Position numbers and translations under genes: made by a program
Source of the DNA: an uncultured Candidatus Saccharibacteria bacterium
Lineage (GTDB): Bacteria > Patescibacteriota > Minisyncoccia > UBA6257 > HR35
Assembly (NCBI GenBank): GCA_964655375.1
Contig: CAZZNB010000042.1
Location: 8,564 to 72,563, forward strand
Length of the DNA: 64,000 nt
Direction of reading: 5' to 3'
Notes under the pieces: generated by a model
Databases searched by the model: none
What the model was told of the DNA's origin: nothing
What the model saw: the letters and a program-made list of their open reading frames with translations, nothing else
Shown here: piece after piece, positions 1 through 10,460 of the stretch
Layout: every line of letters starts with the position of its first letter
Numbering within the stretch: position 1 is the stretch's first letter

Positions 1-1
1 T

Positions 2-343
2 ATGCTTAAAAATTTTGACGGTGCTGTTTTGATTAATAAAGAAGGAATAATAATTGCTAGCGGTATATACTTGATAAATCTAAATCCTAAAAAGGCATTA
101 GAAAAGTTAAAGTTAAGAGGAGAAGATCTTTCTCAGGCATTTGGTTTTAAAGAAAAAGTTCATACTAGGCATATTACTGCTATTACTGCATCTTTAATTC
201 TAGATAGTACTACGGTCTATACTGTATCTGAAGAAAGTCAGGTTATTAGAATGTATGAAAATGGTCATATAATTTATTCTACTTTAAAAGAAGAACAAAA
301 GTATTTGATTCAAAAAATTAAAGAAAATAATAAGAATAAGTAA
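2..343 (+). CDS. Diadenylate cyclase (DAC domain), C-terminal fragment; the 5' end lies outside the window
   Basis: DAC motifs are present: FDGAVLI, HTRHITA (compare GTRHRAA) and TVSEES (compare VVSEETG). The ORF runs in from the window edge. Confidence 0.7.
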   Translation: MLKNFDGAVLINKEGIIIASGIYLINLNPKKALEKLKLRGEDLSQAFGFKEKVHTRHITAITASLILDSTTVYTVSEESQVIRMYENGHIIYSTLKEEQKYLIQKIKENNKNK

Positions 344-442
344 ATATAATAGTTCTTGAAATTTTATAAAGATTTGAGTATAATTTTTAATAAAGCAATT
401 TTTGTGTTTGTTGTAAAAATTGCACCCTTATGACTTTTTAAG

Positions 443-470
443 AAAGATTCTTAATTATCCGGGCTGGACT
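443..470. repeat. Left arm of a 28-bp perfect inverted repeat flanking the 16S gene; candidate pre-rRNA processing stem, partner at 2036-2063
   Basis: AAAGATTCTTAATTATCCGGGCTGGACT at 443-470 is the exact reverse complement of 2036-2063. Confidence 0.8.
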
Positions 471-471
471 T

Positions 472-2004
<1,533 letters not shown>

Positions 2005-2035
2005 TTTAAAATATCCATAACTATATTCTTAGCTG

Positions 2036-2063
2036 AGTCCAGCCCGGATAATTAAGAATCTTT
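2036..2063. repeat. Right arm of the 16S-flanking inverted repeat; candidate processing stem
   Basis: AGTCCAGCCCGGATAATTAAGAATCTTT is the reverse complement of 443-470. It lies about 30 nt after the 16S 3' end. Confidence 0.8.
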
Positions 2064-2096
2064 TTATTTTGTAATTTTTTTATAATTTTTGTTATA

Positions 2097-2489
2097 ATGA
2101 CAATAATAATGAAAATCTTAATAGTAGAAGACGACAAATTTTTGAGATTATTATTGGAAAGAAAATTAAAAAATGAAAATTTTGAAGTTATTTCTGCAGA
2201 AGATGGAGAAGAAGCTTTAGAAAAAATTGTTACTGAAAAACCTGATCTGATTTTACTGGATATTATATTACCTAAAAAAAGCGGATTTTCTGTTTTAGAA
2301 GAAATCAATAAAGATGAAAATTTAAAAAAAATTCCTGTTTTTATAATATCAAATTTAGGACAACCAGAGGATATCGAAAGAGGAAAGAATTTAGGAGCAA
2401 AAGAATATTTTGTAAAAGCAGGTTTGTCTTTGGAAGAACTTATTAAAAAAATTAAAATCTTTGCTGTAGAATTTTTATCCACAAAATAA
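2097..2489 (+). CDS. Stand-alone response-regulator receiver protein, CheY/PilH-like
   Basis: MKILIVEDD...PDLILLDIILP...K motif set, 130 aa, no output domain. It sits next to a pilin gene. Confidence 0.8.
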   Translation: MTIIMKILIVEDDKFLRLLLERKLKNENFEVISAEDGEEALEKIVTEKPDLILLDIILPKKSGFSVLEEINKDENLKKIPVFIISNLGQPEDIERGKNLGAKEYFVKAGLSLEELIKKIKIFAVEFLSTK

Positions 2490-2518
2490 CTTGATTTTTT
2501 GTAATTTAGTATTATAAT
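2476..2518 (+). promoter_or_regulatory. Candidate sigma70-type promoter for the pilin gene, preceded by a TTATCCACA box
   Basis: TTATCCACA at 2476-2484, then 7 nt, then TTGATT at 2491-2496, a 16-nt spacer, and TATAAT at 2513-2518. Confidence 0.5.
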
Positions 2519-2579
2519 TTTATAAATAAATTAAATAATAAAATTTAAAAGGCCGTGATTAAAAATTAATTTTTTATAA

Positions 2580-3215
2580 ATGCAAAATAAAAAAGTCGGG
2601 TTTACCTTAATTGAGTTAATAGTTGTTTTAGCTATAATCGGAGTATTAGTCGGTATATTAGTGGCAGTTATAAAACCACAACAAATATTTGCAAGATTAA
2701 GAGACACACAAAGACAATCTGATTTAAATAGATTAGCAAACGCAATACAAACATATATCGCAGAATTTGCTCAAGATCCTTCTGCTATTGTTTTAACAGG
2801 AGATCCAGGAATAGGAGGGACAAACGGATGTGTAGGAGGAAGCACCTCTACAGTTTATTATTCAGCTAATACTCAACCAACTAGTACACCTTCTGGCTTT
2901 GCTCGTGTAAGAGCTTCAACATCTACAGCAGTTGATGGTACAGGTTGGTTACCAGTTAAGTTTGCTTCAGCAACAACACTTAATTTGGCTGCTTTACCTA
3001 TTGATCCAAGAAATTCTAATTATGATGCTAACCCATCTTTTTATTACACTTATGCTTGCAGAACTGATTTTAATTTCGAATTAAATGCTAATCTAGAAGT
3101 AATGACTGATGCAGAACAAAATGATGGTGGGGATATTACCACCCTGTATGAAGTAGGCCCAGATAAAACTATATTACCTACTACAACATCTGCTAACTTT
3201 TATCCTAATCCTTAA
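2580..3215 (+). CDS. Type IV pilin-like protein, class III signal peptide
   Basis: N-terminus MQNKKVGFTLIELIVVLAIIGVL. The C-terminal part is Thr/Ser/Gly-rich. G+C content is higher than in neighbouring genes. Confidence 0.8.
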   Translation: MQNKKVGFTLIELIVVLAIIGVLVGILVAVIKPQQIFARLRDTQRQSDLNRLANAIQTYIAEFAQDPSAIVLTGDPGIGGTNGCVGGSTSTVYYSANTQPTSTPSGFARVRASTSTAVDGTGWLPVKFASATTLNLAALPIDPRNSNYDANPSFYYTYACRTDFNFELNANLEVMTDAEQNDGGDITTLYEVGPDKTILPTTTSANFYPNP

Positions 3216-3226
3216 TCGCAATTTTA

Positions 3227-3694
3227 ATGGAAATTGTTGTTATTCTTGATAATATAAGATCAGGTTTTAATGTTGGTAATATTTTAAGAACAGCTGAGTT
3301 TTTAGGAGTTAAAAAAATAATAGGAGTTGGTATAACACCCCTACCTCCTCATAAAGAAGTAATTAAAACATCCTTAGGCGCTGAAAATAATTTAGAATTC
3401 GAAAGAAAATTTAGACTAAGTCCCCTAATTAAAGAATTGAGAAATAAAAAATATAAAATAATTGCTATTGAACAAGCAAAAAAATCTATCCCTTATTATA
3501 AATTTAATAAGAAATTTAAAAAAATTGCTTTAATCGTAGGAAATGAAATAAAAGGAATAAAAAAAGATAATTTAAAGTTATGTGATTATATTTTAGAAAT
3601 TCCTAAAAAAGGAAAGATAAAAGAATCATTAAATGTTGGAATTGCTTTTTCTATTGTTCTGAGTCATTTAGTTTTTAATCTTAAAACTACCTAG
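3227..3694 (+). CDS. SpoU/TrmH-family RNA 2'-O-methyltransferase, TrmL-like size
   Basis: SpoU motifs NVGNILRTAEFLG and IVGNE, 155 aa. Confidence 0.7.
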   Translation: MEIVVILDNIRSGFNVGNILRTAEFLGVKKIIGVGITPLPPHKEVIKTSLGAENNLEFERKFRLSPLIKELRNKKYKIIAIEQAKKSIPYYKFNKKFKKIALIVGNEIKGIKKDNLKLCDYILEIPKKGKIKESLNVGIAFSIVLSHLVFNLKTT

Positions 3695-4606
3695 TTTATA
3701 ACCATTTAAGAATTCTTTTGAACTCATTCTCTTTTTATCTTGTAATTGTAATTCTTTAATAAGTATGAAAGCATTTTTTAATCTTAAACCGAGCTCATTT
3801 TTATATTGGAAAAATTCTCCTATTTTTAAATTTTTAACTTTTAAATTTTTCTCATTTAACTTTTCTATTGAAAAAATTTTTAGAATTTTTTCTTCTCCTT
3901 TTAAATTAATTACTATAAAAGTACCAGGCCAAGGATTTAAGGCTCTAATTTTTCTATCCCAAACTATATAATCTTCATCTAATTTTAATTCTCCATCTTC
4001 TTTTGTAATTTTTCTTGTATAAGTTGCTAAAGAATCATTTTGGGGAATTGGTTCAATTAATCCATTTAAATATTTTTCTATAGTGTCATTAAATAATTTC
4101 CCTCCTAATATTCCTAATTTTTCTTCTAATTTTGAATAATCTTCATTTCCTTTTAATTCTATTTTTTCTTGAGCAATGATGGGGCCATGGTCAACTAATT
4201 CATCAATTAAAAATAAAGTTACTCCAGTTTCCTTTTCCCCATTTAAAATTACTTCTCTTATAGGATTAGGCCCTCTATATTTAGGCAATAAAGAAGGATG
4301 AACATTAATAATACCCTTTTTGAACTTATCAATAATTTCTTTAGGAATGATTTTGCCAAATCCTGCTAATAATCCAAATTCAAAACTGAAATTAAAATTA
4401 CTAAAATCTTTTACTTCTATTACAGGCAATTTTTCTTTTAAAGCATAAGAATAAACTATGTTTGGTTCTAACTTATAACCCCTTCCTTTTGGTTTAGCAG
4501 GTAAAGTAAAAACTAACTCAGGTTTATATTTCTTTAGAACATTTCTTAAAACATAAATCGAAAAATTGCTTGAGCCAAAAAAACAAAAGTTTAGTCTTTT
4601 AGTCAT
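3668..4606 (-). CDS. fmt: Methionyl-tRNA formyltransferase
   Basis: Formyltransferase motifs INVHPSLLPKYRG and LDHGPII; 312 aa. Confidence 0.9.
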   Translation of the reverse strand: MTKRLNFCFFGSSNFSIYVLRNVLKKYKPELVFTLPAKPKGRGYKLEPNIVYSYALKEKLPVIEVKDFSNFNFSFEFGLLAGFGKIIPKEIIDKFKKGIINVHPSLLPKYRGPNPIREVILNGEKETGVTLFLIDELVDHGPIIAQEKIELKGNEDYSKLEEKLGILGGKLFNDTIEKYLNGLIEPIPQNDSLATYTRKITKEDGELKLDEDYIVWDRKIRALNPWPGTFIVINLKGEEKILKIFSIEKLNEKNLKVKNLKIGEFFQYKNELGLRLKNAFILIKELQLQDKKRMSSKEFLNGYKLGSFKIKN

Positions 4607-5054
4607 TTGAGTTTATTTCATAAATTTGTGTTGCTTTATCGATAAATAAAATTCCCTTTAAATGGTCATATTCATGCTGAATGATATGAGCTAAAAGCCC
4701 TTTTGCTTTCATAGTTTTTTCTTTGCCAGATAGAGTTTGATATTTTATTTTAATTTCTTTTGCTCTCTTTACAAATCCATATTTATTTTTAATACTTAAA
4801 CAACCTTCCTCTTTTAACTCTTCTCCTTTTGTTTCGATAATTTCAGGATTAATAAAAACATAAAATTTATCTTTCGGTTTAGCAATAAAAATTGCCAAAT
4901 CAATACCTATTTGGTTAGCAGAGATTCCAATACCTCCTTCCCTAACCATAATTTTTTTCATTTTTTCTATTATTTGTTTAATTTCTTTATCAATTTTTTC
5001 AACCTTCCTCGCTTCTTTTTTCAAAATTTTATTTGGATATAGAACTATCTCCAT
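4599..5054 (-). CDS. def: Peptide deformylase
   Basis: Motifs GIGISANQIG, EGCLSI and HEYDHLKG. Overlaps fmt in a def-fmt operon. Confidence 0.9.
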   Translation of the reverse strand: MEIVLYPNKILKKEARKVEKIDKEIKQIIEKMKKIMVREGGIGISANQIGIDLAIFIAKPKDKFYVFINPEIIETKGEELKEEGCLSIKNKYGFVKRAKEIKIKYQTLSGKEKTMKAKGLLAHIIQHEYDHLKGILFIDKATQIYEINSND

Positions 5055-5084
5055 TATAATTTTATAATTATAAAGAAAGGAAAA

Positions 5085-5873
5085 ATGAAAAAAGATATGA
5101 GTTTAGAAGAATTTAAAAAGAGACATGGATATGTAATAAACGGTGTATGGTATCCTAGGGTGACTTCAATCGTTGATATTAAAAGTAAACCAGCCCTTTA
5201 TTATTTCTATGCAGCTCAAGAAAATTTTGAAGTTGCCCAAGAGAAAAAATCAAAAGCTGCAAAAGAAGGAAGTATTGTTCATGAAATTTTAGAAGCAATA
5301 GTTGGAGGGCGAGAAATTATTGTTCCTCCAGAATATATTGGTTTTAAAAACGGATTTGAAAACTTTTTGAAAGAGCATGCCTTTTTCTCAAAGCAAGATT
5401 GGATTGAAAAAAGGATTAAACATTCAGATTATAGATATAGCGGAACTTTTGATATTTTAGCAGAATTAGATGGATTTTTTTCTTTAGTTGATATTAAAAC
5501 AGCTTTAGAAATTTATGATGATTATAGACTTCAAACAGCAGCTTATTTTTATGCTTTGAATGAAGAACCATTCTTAATAGATAGATCAGGTAAAAAAATT
5601 GTCCTACCTAAATATGTGGAAAAACGTTATATTTTGAGAATTAATCAAATTCAAATATGTGAAATTTGTGGTGCTAAAAAATATTTAAGAAGCATGGGAG
5701 ACAAAATAAAAGAAGGAGATTCTAATTGCCAACACAAATTTGGTGAAATTACTTATGAATGGGAGCTTAAAGAATTCGATAGCCCAGAAGAAGATTTTAA
5801 AGGATTTTTAGCTTGTAAAGATTTATGGGAATGGGAATATAGAGATTATCTTAAAGAAATTGGCTATTTATAA
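5085..5873 (+). CDS. PD-(D/E)xK nuclease of the RecB/Cas4-like family with a C-terminal Cys cluster; hypothetical
   Basis: Motifs FDILAELDG...LVDIKT (D...DxK) and QTAAY (QxxxY). C-terminal CEIC...C...C. Confidence 0.55.
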   Translation: MKKDMSLEEFKKRHGYVINGVWYPRVTSIVDIKSKPALYYFYAAQENFEVAQEKKSKAAKEGSIVHEILEAIVGGREIIVPPEYIGFKNGFENFLKEHAFFSKQDWIEKRIKHSDYRYSGTFDILAELDGFFSLVDIKTALEIYDDYRLQTAAYFYALNEEPFLIDRSGKKIVLPKYVEKRYILRINQIQICEICGAKKYLRSMGDKIKEGDSNCQHKFGEITYEWELKEFDSPEEDFKGFLACKDLWEWEYRDYLKEIGYL

Positions 5874-6418
5874 AAAAAATCTCTTGGCAAGTTCAGTTTT
5901 TCTATTGGTAAATTTGCCAATTTTTCTAAAATTTCCTTAAATTTATTTTTAGCCCCCTCCCATTTTATAAGTTTATTTTTAGATAGTTTTTTTAAGATTA
6001 TCTCTTCGGCTTTTTTTCTTATTTTATCTTGAATTCCTATCCTCATTCTCCAGATTTCTGTGCCACAATTTTTATAAATTGATTCAACTCCTTTATGCAT
6101 AGAACTTGATTGATCAAAAGTAAATTTTATATAAAGAAAAGGAAGATCTGCTTCATCATGAATAATTAAGGTTTCTTGCGATTTTATTTTAAATAAAGAT
6201 AACACCTCTTTCAAAGCTTTACCAGATTCGTTCATATATGTTTTCCCAATGGCAAGATAAAGATTTTTATATTTTCCTACAATAGAAAATTTGTTTTCTT
6301 TTACGGGCTTTAAATAAAGTTCAATCAAATCTCTTCCAAAATTATGTGGAGTATTTTTAAATTTTTCTTCAGGATTTCCTAAGCCAAAAATTAATTTGAT
6401 TTTTGAGTGATTTTTCAT
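5864..6418 (-). CDS. pth: Peptidyl-tRNA hydrolase
   Basis: N-terminus LIFGLGNPE...Y..TPHN.G; 184 aa. Confidence 0.85.
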   Translation of the reverse strand: MKNHSKIKLIFGLGNPEEKFKNTPHNFGRDLIELYLKPVKENKFSIVGKYKNLYLAIGKTYMNESGKALKEVLSLFKIKSQETLIIHDEADLPFLYIKFTFDQSSSMHKGVESIYKNCGTEIWRMRIGIQDKIRKKAEEIILKKLSKNKLIKWEGAKNKFKEILEKLANLPIEKLNLPRDFFYK

Positions 6419-6431
6419 TATAATTATTTTA

Positions 6432-6977
6432 ATGAAAAAATTAGAAATTCTAGAAATTATAGAAATAATTTTAACTTTTCTTTTAATTTTTTTGCCTGTG
6501 AGATTTTTTATTTTCGAACCATTTATTGTAATGGGAGAAAGTATGGAACCTAATTATCATACAGCAGATTATTTGATTATTTGTAAAATTTGTACTAAAA
6601 TTCAAGATCCCCAAAGAGGTGATGTAATAGTTTTTATACCACCAGTTGATGAGAGAAAGTATTATATAAAAAGAATTATAGGATTACCAGGAGAAACAAT
6701 TTATTTGAAAGGAAAAAATATCTATATTTATAACAAAGAAAATCCACAAGGATTTAAATTAGAAGAATCATATATTCAAGATGAAAATTTTGATTTGGGA
6801 GAAGAGAGAATACAATTAAAAGATGATGAATATTTTGTTTTAGGAGATAATAGAGATGAAAGTTTTGATTCAAGAAAATGGGGGCCTCTTAAAAAAGACA
6901 GAATAATAGGCAAAGTTTCATTCAAAATAAGCCCATTAGGAAAGTTAATTAAAGTAATTAAATTTAATAATTTATGA
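6432..6977 (+). CDS. lepB: Signal peptidase I
   Basis: Motifs GESMEP, GDVIVF, YIKRIIGLPGE and VLGDNRD.S.DSR. Confidence 0.9.
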   Translation: MKKLEILEIIEIILTFLLIFLPVRFFIFEPFIVMGESMEPNYHTADYLIICKICTKIQDPQRGDVIVFIPPVDERKYYIKRIIGLPGETIYLKGKNIYIYNKENPQGFKLEESYIQDENFDLGEERIQLKDDEYFVLGDNRDESFDSRKWGPLKKDRIIGKVSFKISPLGKLIKVIKFNNL

Positions 6978-8248
6978 AAAAATTTAAAATAGTACCCCAA
7001 TCTCCAAGAGGGATGCATGATTTAATAAAAGAAGATGCTGAGCTTTTCTTAAGGTTATTCAACGAAATAGTAAGACATTCATATTTATATGGTTTTGAAT
7101 ATATAAGAACTCCTACAGTAGAAAAAGAAGAAATTTTTACAGCTTCTTTAGGGGCATCTACTGATGTTATAGAAAAAGAAATGTTTTACGTCGGGAGAAA
7201 AGAAAAAGGCGAAAAATATGTCTTAAGACCTGAAGGAACAGCGTCAATAGCAAGAGCTTATCTTCAAAATGGCATGCACTCTTGGCCTCAACCAGTCCGC
7301 CTTTTTTATTTTGGGCCAATGTTTAGATACGAAAGACCACAAGCAGGTAGATACAGAGAGCATTATCAATGGGGTATTGAAGTTTTAAGTTCGGAAGATC
7401 CTATTTACGACGCTAAGATTATCCAGGTTTTTGATAGATTTTTGAAAAAAATGAAATTAAAAGATTTTACCTTCAAAATAAATAGTATAGGTTGCTTAAA
7501 TGACAGAAATAAATATAAGCAAGCTCTTAAAAGATATTATAGAAAATATCTAAAAAATCTATGTGAAGATTGTAAAAGAAGATACACTACTAACCCTTTA
7601 AGAATGCTTGATTGTAAAAATGAAAAAGATCAAGAAATTAAAAAAAATGCTCCTATTTTAGTGAATTATTTATGTAAACAATGTGAAGAACATTTTAAAA
7701 AAGTTTTGGAATATATAGAAGAATTAGAAATCTCATATGAATTAGATCCCCATCTTGTAAGAGGTTTTGATTATTACTCTAGGACTGTTTTTGAAATATT
7801 TTTTATTGAATCTCCTATTGCTATTGGTGGTGGAGGAAGATATGATTATTTAATTAAATTTTTAGGCGGTAAGCAAACTCCTGGGGTTGGAGGAGCTATT
7901 GGTATAGAAAGATTGATGGAAATTGTTAAACTTCATCAGATAGACTTAAAAATCAGTAAAAAACCTGAAATTTTCATAGCTTATGCTGCTGAAAGAGCAA
8001 AACCTTATGCCCTTTCTGTTTATGATTTACTTTTGAAACATAATATAAGTGTAGCAGAAAATTTTGCTAAAAATAGCTTAACTTCTCAACTGGAATACGC
8101 AGATAAACTTGGTGTAAAATATTGTATAATAATAGGACATCAAGAAATGGGGAGCAAGTCAGTTATTTTAAAGAATATGGCTGATAAAATTCAGGAAACT
8201 ATCCCTGTAGATAAATTAATAGAAGAATTAAAAATTAGATTAAAATGA
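6974..8248 (+). CDS. hisS: Histidyl-tRNA synthetase carrying a CxxC...C...CxxC insertion
   Basis: Class II motifs FRYERPQAGRYREH and GGGRYD. Insertion CEDCKRR...LDCKN...LCKQCEEH. Confidence 0.9.
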   Translation: MKKFKIVPQSPRGMHDLIKEDAELFLRLFNEIVRHSYLYGFEYIRTPTVEKEEIFTASLGASTDVIEKEMFYVGRKEKGEKYVLRPEGTASIARAYLQNGMHSWPQPVRLFYFGPMFRYERPQAGRYREHYQWGIEVLSSEDPIYDAKIIQVFDRFLKKMKLKDFTFKINSIGCLNDRNKYKQALKRYYRKYLKNLCEDCKRRYTTNPLRMLDCKNEKDQEIKKNAPILVNYLCKQCEEHFKKVLEYIEELEISYELDPHLVRGFDYYSRTVFEIFFIESPIAIGGGGRYDYLIKFLGGKQTPGVGGAIGIERLMEIVKLHQIDLKISKKPEIFIAYAAERAKPYALSVYDLLLKHNISVAENFAKNSLTSQLEYADKLGVKYCIIIGHQEMGSKSVILKNMADKIQETIPVDKLIEELKIRLK

Positions 8249-8655
8249 ATTGTATATTTTGTAAAATTGCAAAAAAAGAAATAAGTAGTTACATGATTGA
8301 TGAAACTAAAAATTTTATTGCAGTTCTTGATATAAATCCTCATGCTCCTATGCATACCATGATTATTCCTAAAGATCATATAGAGAACTTTGTTGATTTA
8401 CCTGATGAGTATGGAGAAGAATTAATAAAATTCGTTAAATCTATAATGAAAAAAATTAGCAATAAGTTAAATACAAGAGATTTCACTATTGGGATAAATG
8501 AAGGCAAAAATGCAGGAAGAGCTATAGACCATTTGCATATCCATATAATTCCAAGGTTTAAAAATGATAAAGGAGGCTCAATTCATTCAGTAGTTTATAA
8601 TCCACCTAAAGAACCATTAGAAAAAATTTATGAGATTTTAAAAAATGAGGGTTAA
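8245..8655 (+). CDS. HIT-family (histidine triad) hydrolase
   Basis: HLHIHIIPR histidine triad. Confidence 0.85.
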   Translation: MNCIFCKIAKKEISSYMIDETKNFIAVLDINPHAPMHTMIIPKDHIENFVDLPDEYGEELIKFVKSIMKKISNKLNTRDFTIGINEGKNAGRAIDHLHIHIIPRFKNDKGGSIHSVVYNPPKEPLEKIYEILKNEG

Positions 8656-8917
8656 AGTAAAAAAACAAAAAAAAGAAACAACACAGCAACTTTTAAAAAG
8701 ATTTTTAACAAGATTCCAAAAATCAGGAACGGTTATTGAAGTTAAAAAAAATATGTATAAATCAAGGCCTATGAATGAAAGGAGAAAGAAAGAATATAGA
8801 ATGTATAGACTAAAAATTCAAAGCTTTATTCAAAAGAAGGTAAAAGAAGGTTGGCCGTTGGAAAAAGCATTAGATATGGCAAAGAGATATATTCAATATA
8901 TTAAATACGAAGGATGA
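8645..8917 (+). CDS. rpsU: Ribosomal protein S21-like
   Basis: Basic 90-aa protein; the segment LKRF..FQKSG...E.KK...Y.KP...R resembles S21. Confidence 0.55.
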   Translation: MRVKVKKQKKETTQQLLKRFLTRFQKSGTVIEVKKNMYKSRPMNERRKKEYRMYRLKIQSFIQKKVKEGWPLEKALDMAKRYIQYIKYEG

Positions 8918-10077
8918 GAAATTTTTATTTTGGATTAGATTTAGGACATTATGAGATAAAATTTACTATTTTAGAAGAAACTTATGATGGGAGGTTAATA
9001 TCTTATAATACCTCTCTAAAAAATGAATATTTTAGGAAAAATGATATAATAGATCAAGAAAACCTAGTCTCTTTATTAAGTAATATTTTAGAAAATACAT
9101 TAGAAACTTTTGATATTAAAAAGATTGATAAACTTAATGTTAGTTTAACATTGCCTAGTTTTCAGAAACATGTACAAAAAGGACACGCTATATTTGAAGA
9201 TAATGTTAAGGAAGAAGACATTAAAAAAACTATAAGAACTGCTAAAAACTTTTTGCTTTTGAACAATCAAGAAATCTTAATTGAGGAACCTTTAAGATTT
9301 TTAATAGATGGCATACAGGAAGTAAGAGATCCTTTAGGGTTTGCAGGTAAAAGATTGGACGCAGATGTTCTTTTTATAACTTGTTATAAATCTCTTTATG
9401 AAAAAATTAAAAATCTTTTTAAAACCTTGAATTTAGAAATAACTAACATTTTCCCCTCTATTTATTCTTCTAGTAAAGTTTGTTTATCTAAAAAAGATAA
9501 AGAGATAGGAGTAGGCCTGATTGATATCGGTGGTGAAACTACAAGTATAGGAATTTTTAATGAAGGAAAACTTGTTGAGATGATAGTATTTGATTTTGGT
9601 TCAGAGATTTTATACCAAGATTTAGCTTTATATTTAAAAGTAGATCTTGAAGAAATAGAAAAAATTAAAACAGAATTACATAAACCACCAACTACTGTAG
9701 GAGGGAAAATAAATAAAAAAGAAGAAAAATTAAAACAACAAATTTTCAAGTTTATAGAAAAAAAATTAAAAGAATATTTTGAAGAATTTAAGATTAAAGA
9801 TTATATAAAGAATATTAAAAAAGAATATAAATTACCAGCAGGCTTAGTAATGATAGGAGGCTTTTCTTTGTATGAAAATAGTTTAAATTTGCTAAAAAAT
9901 ATTTTAGAAATTTCAGTAAAATTTCCTAAAGATGAACTTAATATATTTGAAAATGAGTATGAAGTAAGAAAGTTTTCAGCCTCAGCAGGTTCGGCTCTAA
10001 TATCAAAAGAATTTTCAAGAGAATATGGTTTACTTGAAAAAATTAAAAAATTCTTTTATAGTTTTTGGACTAAGTAG
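8914..10077 (+). CDS. Actin-fold ATPase, FtsA/PilM-like (likely FtsA)
   Basis: Motifs FGLDLGHYEIKF, GLIDIGGETTSIGIF and LVMIGGFS. A separate PilM is encoded at 47697. Confidence 0.5.
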   Translation: MRNFYFGLDLGHYEIKFTILEETYDGRLISYNTSLKNEYFRKNDIIDQENLVSLLSNILENTLETFDIKKIDKLNVSLTLPSFQKHVQKGHAIFEDNVKEEDIKKTIRTAKNFLLLNNQEILIEEPLRFLIDGIQEVRDPLGFAGKRLDADVLFITCYKSLYEKIKNLFKTLNLEITNIFPSIYSSSKVCLSKKDKEIGVGLIDIGGETTSIGIFNEGKLVEMIVFDFGSEILYQDLALYLKVDLEEIEKIKTELHKPPTTVGGKINKKEEKLKQQIFKFIEKKLKEYFEEFKIKDYIKNIKKEYKLPAGLVMIGGFSLYENSLNLLKNILEISVKFPKDELNIFENEYEVRKFSASAGSALISKEFSREYGLLEKIKKFFYSFWTK

Positions 10078-10459
10078 TTTAACATTTTTTATTTTTTTAT
10101 TTTATAAAATAGGTTTTTTGCAAACAGAGAATTGCGTACATTATAGAAATGGTTATTTAGAATCTCCTATTTTTGATTTTGGTACAACTTCGAAATTTAA
10201 TAAATTTTTTTGGTTTGGAACAAAAGAAGATTCTATGGTAACTTTTATATTTTGTATTAATGACAATATTTCTTCTCTCGATGAATCTTGTTTTTATATT
10301 GAAAATAGCAATCCTGGAGAAATTATTTTATTAGACAAAGAAACAGAGGGAAATAATAAAGGGAGATATATGCGCTATAGAGTTGAAATGACAAGTTGTG
10401 ATGAGTTCAGTATTCCTCGCGTTGATAGAATATTTTTGTATTATAATAAAGTTCAATAA
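10025..10459 (+). CDS. Hypothetical small membrane-anchored protein
   Basis: One N-terminal TM segment and no recognisable motif. Overlaps the 3' end of the preceding ORF, so the true start may be internal. Confidence 0.3.
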   Translation: MVYLKKLKNSFIVFGLSSLTFFIFLFYKIGFLQTENCVHYRNGYLESPIFDFGTTSKFNKFFWFGTKEDSMVTFIFCINDNISSLDESCFYIENSNPGEIILLDKETEGNNKGRYMRYRVEMTSCDEFSIPRVDRIFLYYNKVQ

Positions 10460-10460
10460 C

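Noticed and set aside
2021-2482. 153-aa minus-strand ORF
   Set aside because: It is antisense to the CheY-like receiver gene and overlaps the rRNA processing arm. Its composition is low-complexity Ser/Ile/Phe, typical of antisense reading of AT-rich coding DNA.
3765-3971. Numerous 60-140-aa antisense or overlapping ORFs (for example 3765..3971, 9462..9749, 13486..13719, 15296..15556, 16110..16361, 19043..19366, 19674..19952, 20103..20894, 25557..26671, 31746..32117, 32880..33128, 35534..35782, 36861..37354, 38307..38687, 38799..39220, 44934..45131, 46411..46836, 48308..48640, 50022..50576, 52804..53016, 54999..55184, 56616..56813, 59892..60101, 60283..60693, 60967..61203, 63125..63541)
   Set aside because: Each is embedded in or antisense to a well-supported conserved gene. 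They have low-complexity composition and no independent signals.
10025-10459. Treating 10025..10459 as FtsZ or a known division partner of the FtsA-like gene
   Set aside because: There is no GTP-binding GGGTGTG motif or tubulin signature. It is a small TM protein of unknown function with an uncertain start.
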